Below are positions 28,259 to 35,771 of a stretch of DNA of 64,000 nucleotides, piece after piece. Below the pieces are notes generated by a model. The model searched no databases, had not been told where the DNA came from, and worked only from the letters and a program-made list of their open reading frames with translations. The stretch comes from a virus: the IMG/VR virus record IMGVR_UViG_3300043256_000274, positions 12,411 to 76,410 of that record. One strand, given 5' to 3'. Made by a program: the position numbers and the translations under genes. Position 1 is the stretch's first letter, and every line of letters begins with the position of its first letter.

Positions 28259-28653
28259 CGACTCAACTCGGGGGGCAGGTCTTCGGCAAGGTTGGGGCTG
28301 TGCCACTGAGCCTGGGCCGAAGCCTCCAACTCAGCGCGCGTGGCCTGCCCCACTATCTTTGCAGCTTCCTCTCCAGTGAACAAGAGCCAATCCTGATCAA
28401 CTTGCAGGAGAAGGTAGGCGTTGCCTCCCTTGTGCCAGCGTCGGGCTAGGTGGAGTTTCTGCTGCGGGGTGAAGTGGGGCAAGCGGACTGGCGTGCCGGG
28501 ACGGCTCGGCCAGCCCGCTTTCCACTTCAACTCGATCCACCCCTCGATGTAGTTCACGTCGGGCGTACCTGGACGGCACGGGTTCTCGACGCTCCATGCG
28601 TCGTATGGCCTGAGCGCCTTGACGACGCGCTGCCTCATGTGCTGCTCGCTCAT
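28255..28653 (-). CDS. PD-(D/E)xK nuclease (resolvase/VRR-NUC-like)
   Basis: VEN..PGTPDV...WIELK...TPQQ. Confidence 0.75.
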   Translation of the reverse strand: MSEQHMRQRVVKALRPYDAWSVENPCRPGTPDVNYIEGWIELKWKAGWPSRPGTPVRLPHFTPQQKLHLARRWHKGGNAYLLLQVDQDWLLFTGEEAAKIVGQATRAELEASAQAQWHSPNLAEDLPPELSR

Positions 28654-28871
28654 AGTCGACCGCTCCAGTATTCTTTCCACTGGTCTTCCATAGCAGTCGT
28701 ATATTCCTCAGAGCATTCATCACAGAGCCGACGATCACGGTTCGGGTCCATGCCCTTGCCGTCCCAATCATATTGTGTCTGAGACGGGGTGAGGATCAGA
28801 GTAGTGCGTCTCTCACATTGTCCTTCACAGATTCCGAAGGTACCATCAATGATGTCGTCAAGACGACTCAT
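28650..28871 (-). CDS. Small Cys-rich protein
   Basis: CEGQC, LCDEC. Confidence 0.55.
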   Translation of the reverse strand: MSRLDDIIDGTFGICEGQCERRTTLILTPSQTQYDWDGKGMDPNRDRRLCDECSEEYTTAMEDQWKEYWSGRL

Positions 28872-29044
28872 CCTTTGTCCTCAAGAACCTCGAGCGCCTT
28901 CTTCCATTGATCGAGTGTCAGGCACTTGTGGTCGTCGTGGACTTGCTTGGCTATGCCCTCGACGAAATCGACCTCCCATTCGGTGAGGCCTTCTTCGATG
29001 TCGCACAGCGCGTCGACGATCTCGCGGTCTTTGCGAATGCCCAT
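28868..29044 (-). CDS. Hypothetical protein (58 aa, MGIRKDREIVD...LTEWEVDFVE)
   Basis: Manual translation; fills the gap and is ATGA-coupled to the next gene. Confidence 0.55.
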   Translation of the reverse strand: MGIRKDREIVDALCDIEEGLTEWEVDFVEGIAKQVHDDHKCLTLDQWKKALEVLEDKG

Positions 29045-29045
29045 A

Positions 29046-29477
29046 TCACATTTCGTGGACGTAGTGAATCTCTATGCCGACTTCTTCGAACATCTCGGCT
29101 GCGGCACGCTGCTCATCTGCCCAGGTGGCGACCTCGTTGTCGATGTAGGGGACGAACATGACTCGGATGCCAGCCTGGATGATCAGCTTCGCACAGCCCG
29201 TGCAGGGGAAGTGCGTACAGTATATCGTCGCACCGTCGATGGACGTGGTCGCGTTGAGAATCGAGTTCGCCTCAGCGTGGACGACAAGACGGTACTTGGT
29301 GGGTCGATCATGAAGACGCTCGATGCTGTCTTCTATACCGCGGGGGAAGCCATTGTACCCGGTACCCACGACCCGACGCTTGTCATCGACGATGACGGCG
29401 CCGACCTTGGTGGATGGGTCCTTGCTCCACTCGGATATGTGGAGGGCGAGTTCGAGGAATCGTTGATGCCACTTCAT
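29046..29477 (-). CDS. dCMP deaminase
   Basis: SKDPSTKVGA, GYNGFPRG, HAEAN, PCTGC. Confidence 0.92.
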   Translation of the reverse strand: MKWHQRFLELALHISEWSKDPSTKVGAVIVDDKRRVVGTGYNGFPRGIEDSIERLHDRPTKYRLVVHAEANSILNATTSIDGATIYCTHFPCTGCAKLIIQAGIRVMFVPYIDNEVATWADEQRAAAEMFEEVGIEIHYVHEM

Positions 29478-29809
29478 TCGGCTGCCACCGTGGTCACGCC
29501 GGCGTCGGCCGCTTGCTTGCGCATGTTGGCGGTGCCAGCACCGCCGGGGAAGGATAGACAGAGGTCCGGCGCACCGTACTTCAACATCCACCCGTTGCGG
29601 ATGTGGCCAGCGCTCTTGCCGAGTTGCTGCCAAGCTGCATGGATGGTCATGCACGGGATCCCGCGGGACAGAGCCCAGTAGCGGGCTTGTCGGTCCGCAC
29701 CGTTCGCGCCACCTTCGATGATGAGTTCGATGGGCTGACGAGCGTCGAGCTCCTGGAAGACACGTTCTTGGTCGCGATAGTTCCGACCGCCACAGACTAG
29801 GACTCTCAT
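29474..29809 (-). CDS. YspA/SLOG family protein (DUF2493)
   Basis: RVLVCGGR, GGANGAD, AGHIRN, FPGGAGT. Confidence 0.85.
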   Translation of the reverse strand: MRVLVCGGRNYRDQERVFQELDARQPIELIIEGGANGADRQARYWALSRGIPCMTIHAAWQQLGKSAGHIRNGWMLKYGAPDLCLSFPGGAGTANMRKQAADAGVTTVAAE

Positions 29810-31185
29810 GACAGCCTCCGGTTGATGATCTCTGTGTATTCTTCGGACTGCTCAATCAGAATGCAGTCTACGCCCTCTTCACGACAGGCAACTCCAGTCG
29901 TTCCCGAACCTGCGAACGGATCAAGAATCACTGTCCCCTCGGGCATCGTGACGAGCCGCACTAGGTATCGCATGAGTGAGAGCGGCTTCACAGTCGGGTG
30001 AGTATTGTCCTGTCCTCGATCCTTCTTCGAAGCCTTGGCACAGTAGAAGAAGCGGGAGGCGCCGCCGGTCGATGCCGGTACATCAGAGGGGTACGCCTGT
30101 TCCCCATCACCGGCCCAGCCCTTCTCGTAGGTGTGACGATTCTTTTCTGAGTGTCGCTTTGACTTCGAGCTACGGGCTCCGCTCTTGAGTTCTCCACTTT
30201 GCGCGTTGAGCAGCGCCCCCGCCTTCTCGTCGAGTACGAGGTTCGCGGGCCAGCGCCCCTTCGATTGATCGAACTCTCGGGGCTTCGCGTTTGCGTGAAA
30301 TGGCCGCGAGTTTTCTCCGCCGAACTGAAGCGGCGGCTGTCCGCTTCCGCCCGCTTTGGGGCCTTCAATCCGACACCCGTCCACGTTCAACCCCGCGACA
30401 CCGTGCGCGAGCGCGTTCGCGGCGAAGGTGCCGTCGAGCGGCTTCATGGCGAGCACGATCGGCTCCCACGCAGGCTTTAGCGCGGTGCCCCAGCCATTCC
30501 AGAGTTGGGCGGCTTCGGTTGTGTGTTCGTACGACTTGCCAGGCAAGCCCATACCGTAGACTGTCCCATCTCCGCGACGATCTGTTCCATCGCTCGACAC
30601 CAGTAGCCGTAGATCGGCTGCTCGTACTTTCTCACGCCATTGAGGATTAACACCTAGCTCAGAAACCAGACGGTTGTAAGCGTCTAGTGAAGGTACGCGG
30701 AAGCCGTGATCTACACGCTCCCAATTCTCCGTGACAAAACCATATTCAGGAAACAGCGCGGCTAGGGATTTTCGTGACATGCCCTTCGCAATACGGCACG
30801 TCCTGATATTCCTCGCCATTGATACTCTAGCTTCTCTATGAAGACCATCTGAGCCTCCAGCCTTGTCGATCGCCTTCGACACGTCGAGCGACTTTGGGAA
30901 GCCCGACCCATACAGCCACATCATGCAGTCGCGTATCTGGAATCCTGCGTCTTCGAGCGAACACGTCAGTCGGTGATACGTCCTCGTCCCACCGAACACC
31001 AGTGCGATGCCTCCGGGTTTGAGAACACGAAGCGCTTCTTCCCACACCGCTGGTGCGGGAAGAACCTTGTCCCAGCCCTTACCCATGAACTCCAGAGCGT
31101 AGGGAGGATCGGTTACGATAGCGGTGACAGAGTTATCCTCCATGTCGCGCATGGCTTCGAGACAATCGGCGTTGATGATGTTCAT
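29806..31185 (-). CDS. N6-adenine/N4-cytosine DNA methyltransferase (beta class) with HTH insertion
   Basis: TDPPY, HPTVKP, LDPFAGSGTT. Confidence 0.9.
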   Translation of the reverse strand: MNIINADCLEAMRDMEDNSVTAIVTDPPYALEFMGKGWDKVLPAPAVWEEALRVLKPGGIALVFGGTRTYHRLTCSLEDAGFQIRDCMMWLYGSGFPKSLDVSKAIDKAGGSDGLHREARVSMARNIRTCRIAKGMSRKSLAALFPEYGFVTENWERVDHGFRVPSLDAYNRLVSELGVNPQWREKVRAADLRLLVSSDGTDRRGDGTVYGMGLPGKSYEHTTEAAQLWNGWGTALKPAWEPIVLAMKPLDGTFAANALAHGVAGLNVDGCRIEGPKAGGSGQPPLQFGGENSRPFHANAKPREFDQSKGRWPANLVLDEKAGALLNAQSGELKSGARSSKSKRHSEKNRHTYEKGWAGDGEQAYPSDVPASTGGASRFFYCAKASKKDRGQDNTHPTVKPLSLMRYLVRLVTMPEGTVILDPFAGSGTTGVACREEGVDCILIEQSEEYTEIINRRLS

Positions 31186-33158
31186 GATATTTCGCCCCAG
31201 TTGGGGCCGGTTTCCTTGTCGACTTTGTGAGGTACGTTGCAGGGCACGGCGTTGACCATGATCTCAGCCAGGTGGTCGATCTCATGTTGATGCCAGAAGG
31301 AGAGGTCGAGCTCGTCGTGTACCTGTAGCTGGAGTCGGATGCCGGCGTCGTCGGCGTCGACCATGGCCTTCTTCATCTGGTCCGCGCTGGAGCCTTGGAT
31401 CAGTTTGTTGAGAGCCAGGTGTGTCCAGTCGTAGCTTCCGCTGCCATCTTTCTTGAGAGGGAATCGTCCGTGACGACCGAGGACAGTCTTGATAAAGCCG
31501 CGGGCCTTCGCACGGTTCTCTGCACGACGCGCGAGTTCAGACAGGAACGGCACGCGCTCCTTGAAGAGTGTCAGTAGCTTCTGGCCTTCTTCGCCAGCAA
31601 CCTCCAGGTCCCGCCCTCGAAGTGTGATCCACTTCGTCGGCAGGCCGAGGCTACGGCACAGCTTGGCGCCGCCCATGGCGTAGCACAGACCGAGGTAGAT
31701 GATCTTTGCGGCGTCGCGATGCTTCTTGCGTTCCGACTTGTCCCAGGAGTTCCACGCATCATCCCCATGGATAAGCTGGGTCATCATGTTGTGGTTGTCG
31801 GTGGACGGATCGCTGCGGTAGCGTTCGGCTGCTTCGTGAGCGCCGATGCAGTTGGAGAGTTCGGCGAAGTGGACGAGCCATCTCGGCTCCTGCTGCGAGT
31901 AGTCCAGGCACGCCCATTCGGCTCCCTCATCCGGGAGGTAGATCGCGCGCCACAGCTTGCCGATCTCAGGATCACGGGCAGGTTGTTGTTGCAGATTGGG
32001 GTCCCCGGAGGAGAGTCGGCCGGTAATGGTACCGGCCGACCCTCCGTCTTCCTTCTGTCGGCGTAGCTGGTGGAATGTGCAGTGGATCCGATCGCCGATA
32101 GCATGTGTGCGGATGGATTCGATGAAAGTGGTACGCAGCTTGTTGAAGCGACGAGCTCGGAGGAAATGGTTGACGACCGGGTGGTCTCCCAAGGCTTCGA
32201 GGACTTCCTTCTTGATGCTCGGCTTCCCACTCTTGGGCGTCAACGGCAGCTTGCATCCGGTCGCAGCCTCGATCGCCTTGGCGACGACAGTCGGACGGTT
32301 GATGTCGGCGGTCGTCACGGTTACACCGCTGAGTCGCGTGACCTCCGCGAGCGAGGCCTTCTCCTCCTGGAACGTCTTGCCCTCGACGATGTCGAGATGG
32401 TCGAAGTCCACGCGCACACCGCGGCGACGCATCTTGATCAACACCGGCATCAGACGTGACTCCAGGTCATACAGGTCCCAGAGCCGTGCGCCTCGGTCGT
32501 CGGCGTCGTCGACCGCTTGGATACGCCTTTCCTGTTTCTGAATAAGGGGCAGAAGCCGACTAGCGTCGGCTTCTGCGTAAGGCCCCACATGACGCGCCGG
32601 CAGCTTCCACATCTCGGACTTCGCATTGATGCCGAACATCGCTGCGGCCTGAACTAGGTGGCTCTCGTTCTTCCCCTCGAACCCGTTGCGAGTGAGCACT
32701 GCGTCCAGACTGTACTTCATCTGGTTCTCGTCCAGCAGCGGCTCCGCGATCTGGATGTCACGGAAGAAGCGCACAGCTCGGAATACAATTCCGAGCTGGG
32801 CCATGTAGTCGTAGTCGTACGACCCGTTCGCGGTGACCATATCTCCCTTGAATACCTGCGCCTGCTGGCGCAGGTATTCAAGTGCTGCCTTCGCGTCGAC
32901 ATTGTCCCCGCCCTCATGGTCGATGGGCACGTAGAAGCACGGGGCATTGGCCAGATTCTTCGAATCTGGCCACTCGATCGCGAACGAGAAGCCCACCACT
33001 CGGCCCTTGCGACGCACGCCCGGCCCGGTCTTCGTGAGGTCCGGGTCACACGTCTCGATGTCGAAGGCTACGCGCCTTGCCCCCTCCCAACTTGGCAAGT
33101 CTGCCAAGTTGGGAGGTCTCCAGTCTGTAACCGGCGCAAACAGAGGAAGTTGAACCAC
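31182..33158 (-). CDS. polA: DNA polymerase family A with 3'-5' exonuclease
   Basis: DIET, YAEAD, TGRLSSGDPNLQQ, DYSQQE, R..AK...LG..Y, IQGSSAD, VHDE. Confidence 0.95.
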   Translation of the reverse strand: MVQLPLFAPVTDWRPPNLADLPSWEGARRVAFDIETCDPDLTKTGPGVRRKGRVVGFSFAIEWPDSKNLANAPCFYVPIDHEGGDNVDAKAALEYLRQQAQVFKGDMVTANGSYDYDYMAQLGIVFRAVRFFRDIQIAEPLLDENQMKYSLDAVLTRNGFEGKNESHLVQAAAMFGINAKSEMWKLPARHVGPYAEADASRLLPLIQKQERRIQAVDDADDRGARLWDLYDLESRLMPVLIKMRRRGVRVDFDHLDIVEGKTFQEEKASLAEVTRLSGVTVTTADINRPTVVAKAIEAATGCKLPLTPKSGKPSIKKEVLEALGDHPVVNHFLRARRFNKLRTTFIESIRTHAIGDRIHCTFHQLRRQKEDGGSAGTITGRLSSGDPNLQQQPARDPEIGKLWRAIYLPDEGAEWACLDYSQQEPRWLVHFAELSNCIGAHEAAERYRSDPSTDNHNMMTQLIHGDDAWNSWDKSERKKHRDAAKIIYLGLCYAMGGAKLCRSLGLPTKWITLRGRDLEVAGEEGQKLLTLFKERVPFLSELARRAENRAKARGFIKTVLGRHGRFPLKKDGSGSYDWTHLALNKLIQGSSADQMKKAMVDADDAGIRLQLQVHDELDLSFWHQHEIDHLAEIMVNAVPCNVPHKVDKETGPNWGEIS

Positions 33159-33415
33159 TAGAAGCCTTGCATCCCTACAAACGCTTCCTTGGTCCTGGCT
33201 CGCCACTCTGCTTGGGGGAACGAGTGTGCGTAGAGGAAGGCGATGATCTCGGTCGCTCCAAAGCCACCACGACAGCCCCGACCTTCCAAGTCCATCATCG
33301 CGGGCTGAGGTCCGTGTAGGTGGCAATAGACCTCGTAGGCACGCTCGGTCACCTTGGTGTTGACGCGAGGATGTTCGTGAGGGTGGGTATGTATTTGAAT
33401 TGGATGAAGGATCAT
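33158..33415 (-). CDS. Hypothetical protein
   Basis: Coupled; RGGFG motif. Confidence 0.55.
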   Translation of the reverse strand: MILHPIQIHTHPHEHPRVNTKVTERAYEVYCHLHGPQPAMMDLEGRGCRGGFGATEIIAFLYAHSFPQAEWRARTKEAFVGMQGF

Positions 33416-34173
33416 TGAGCGCACATAATTTCCATGTATGACTTCACGAACTCCGTCGCGAGCGGCGCGACGATCGCGTTACCGTAGCCGCGCAGTCGTC
33501 CCACTCGGAGGGGAGTCCCATCAGCCAGCGACAGAGACTCGGGTTCACCACTTTTCCAATCGCATACTTGCCATGTATCCGAGCCACTACAACTTCCAGG
33601 TTGGGTGGACGCTTCCAACATTTGCTCACTGCGTCTGCGGTTATCGTCGCAGCTATTGAGCTGCATGTGCGCGGAGTCGGCCACGAAGTAGAGTCGCTGT
33701 CGGAGGTGTGGAGCACCGACCCCACACGCGCTAAGATCCGCCGCCCCAACGGCGTAACCCGCTCCTTCCAAGTCAGCCGATACAGCGTCGAACCAAGTGA
33801 ATCCAGCCTTTCGCGCAACCTGCTCTCCAAAGATGACTGGAGGACGGCACTGTTAGATGAGCCGAAAGAAGTGGGGCCAGAGATGTCGTTCGTCATCGGT
33901 TCCTTTTCCTTTACCTGCAACTGAGAAGGGTTGGCATGGGCATGAGCCGGTCCAAACAGGCCGGGTGTCTTCCCACCCGGCCTGTTTGAGTGCGTGGGAC
34001 CACACTCCAATGCCAGCGAAGAAGTGGCACTGGGCGAAGTCGCACAAGTCCTCTGGCGCGACTTCGACTATACTCCGCTCATCCACAACTCCGTCAGCGA
34101 TGTGCCCTGCCTTGATCAGATTGCGTAGCCACTCGGCTGCGAACGGGTCGATTTCGTTGTAGTACGCAGTCAT
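33412..34173 (-). pseudogene. C5-cytosine DNA methyltransferase alpha chain interrupted by an in-frame TAA at 33853-33855
   Basis: FFAGIG and SCPCQPFS, then FRLI*QCRPPVIFGEQV...APHLRQRLYFVA...LRGYGNAIV in the same frame. Confidence 0.8.
33444..33896 (-). CDS. Alternative-frame beta chain of the C5 methyltransferase
   Basis: Nested ORF MTNDISG...WPTP...VNPSLCRWLMGLPSEW supplies a motif IX-like segment missing from the alpha frame. Confidence 0.65.
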   Translation of the reverse strand: MTNDISGPTSFGSSNSAVLQSSLESRLRERLDSLGSTLYRLTWKERVTPLGRRILARVGSVLHTSDSDSTSWPTPRTCSSIAATITADAVSKCWKRPPNLEVVVARIHGKYAIGKVVNPSLCRWLMGLPSEWDDCAATVTRSSRRSRRSS

Positions 34174-34700
34174 TTCGGGAAGACGTCAGGGGTGCGAGTC
34201 CACCGGTACTGATTGAGGAAGGCCGCGATCGGATCGGGAAGCATGGTGCGATTGAACCAAGCAGCTAGGTTTCCGATCATGGCGTTGGCGTTGGCGTTGC
34301 CCATGCGAAGCTGATCGTTCGCCCAGAGGAAGAGTTCGAGCTTGTCGAGAGCCTGTACCCAGGTACGCTCGTCGTCGGTGAGTTCGACCTTCCAGCCCAT
34401 CTTCTTCTCGATGCGTGCCTCTATCTGTGCCATGCGCTTCGCCAGCATCGGCTCCCCCAGCTTGGTCGGTCCAGGCATGTCGCCTGTCCAGCGCTCGGGG
34501 AAGTCGTGGAACATGATCGCCAGCATGACGTTGCGCGTCACCACGGGCATCAGGAGCCACGCCAGCGTCATCATGTCGAGGGAGTGTTGGCCCACGGTGT
34601 ACGAGCCGTGGTGAGGCATGGTGTGGGCACGCTCGACGTAGCTACACTCCCGCAGGATGGCAACCTGAATGTTGAGGTCCATGGCACTAGTCGGATCCAC
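34170..34700 (-). CDS. HD-domain 5'-deoxynucleotidase (YfbR/DatZ-like)
   Basis: VER.H, VGQHS, FHDFPE..TGD.P, DKLE. Confidence 0.8.
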   Translation of the reverse strand: MDPTSAMDLNIQVAILRECSYVERAHTMPHHGSYTVGQHSLDMMTLAWLLMPVVTRNVMLAIMFHDFPERWTGDMPGPTKLGEPMLAKRMAQIEARIEKKMGWKVELTDDERTWVQALDKLELFLWANDQLRMGNANANAMIGNLAAWFNRTMLPDPIAAFLNQYRWTRTPDVFPK

Positions 34701-34959
34701 CGATGGAGTCCTCCGCTAGTATGCGCTGTAGCTCGGCTTGTTCGGCTGCCTCTTCCGCTTCACCCGCCTGCGCCTCGCGCATCCTCTCGGCTGCCTGCTG
34801 GAGCATGAGTCCAGCGTTCGCTAGGGCGCACGGCAGGCAGGGCTCGTACTTCACGATCGGACCGACCTCGGTCCGCGTTCCCTGGCTGATGACGGGGTAG
34901 GTAATCGTCCTGCAGCCACACGGCTCTTCTTCGACAGTCGGTTCTCCGGTGAAGGTCAT
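34687..34959 (-). CDS. Hypothetical protein
   Basis: PCGC and CLPC; ATGA-coupled. Confidence 0.5.
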   Translation of the reverse strand: MTFTGEPTVEEEPCGCRTITYPVISQGTRTEVGPIVKYEPCLPCALANAGLMLQQAAERMREAQAGEAEEAAEQAELQRILAEDSIGGSD

Positions 34960-35771
34960 GATTGATCGAACCCAAACGTTGGGCGTTCTTCTCCTGGTGA
35001 GATGATGACGGTGAGCGGGGAGATGTTGGGGGACTGGTCGCCGGCGTACTCGCATCCGGTTCCTTCGCTCATCTCGAAAGCATCGACGCAGCCGAGAGGA
35101 TCCAGCCAGCGACCGATACAACTGTACCCTAGTCGCATGTCGACTTGGCGTGGGTTCATGCCAAGGGCCATCCAGTCTCTTCGAGACTGGATGTACCCAC
35201 ACGATGGACACACGAACCGCCAGTCGTTGACATCAGGCCCGAACAAAGTTCGGCCCTGCTGTTGCCATTCGGCCATTGTGACCTCGGGCCACTCGTCGCT
35301 CCACGGCTTCGGCCCGTAGATGTACGTCTCCCAGTTGACCCAGCCGTTCTCGGTGTGGAAGCCCCACTTCCTGGTCTTTCGGCCGTGGATCACAAGCGTC
35401 GTGCAGGTCGGCGAAACGTAGATGATCCTGTGGGCTCCCTCGGCTCGGCAGAAGTTGAACCAGCGACGGTCTTTCAGCCAGATACCTTCTTCACCTTCGA
35501 TTGGCCTGATCTCCTGATACCAGCCGCGCAGTACGAACGAGATGAAGTTCCACGGGTGGTCGTGCATGTGTCGATCAGGGTCCGGACACTTGATGCGGTG
35601 GACGAACACGGAGAACCACGGGCAGCGGAAGACGATGAGTCGCCGTAGGTAGACCGGTACAGCAGGGCCAGTCGTCTGGCCCTGCTGGCTCGTAATGTCC
35701 CACCAGCGCCAGAGGACCCACCGTTGCTTTTCGAGTGGGTCCTGTTTCCTGTGGAAGAAGGGCTTGATCAT
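34956..35771 (-). CDS. Cupin-like domain fused to a Cys-rich (VVA0879-like) domain
   Basis: DRHMHDHPWNF...GWY.E...HRI; then LFG.D...FVCPSCG...CIGR...GC.Y. Confidence 0.6.
   Translation of the reverse strand: MIKPFFHRKQDPLEKQRWVLWRWWDITSQQGQTTGPAVPVYLRRLIVFRCPWFSVFVHRIKCPDPDRHMHDHPWNFISFVLRGWYQEIRPIEGEEGIWLKDRRWFNFCRAEGAHRIIYVSPTCTTLVIHGRKTRKWGFHTENGWVNWETYIYGPKPWSDEWPEVTMAEWQQQGRTLFGPDVNDWRFVCPSCGYIQSRRDWMALGMNPRQVDMRLGYSCIGRWLDPLGCVDAFEMSEGTGCEYAGDQSPNISPLTVIISPGEERPTFGFDQS

Noticed and set aside
33853-33855. Genome-wide stop codon reassignment
   Set aside because: TAA, TAG and TGA all terminate well-defined genes elsewhere; only one interruption was seen.
19865-34700. 2-aminoadenine (Z) genome or YuA-type thymidine hypermodification
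   Set aside because: No PurZ, dUMP hydroxymethylase or associated kinase/transferase was recognised in the window.
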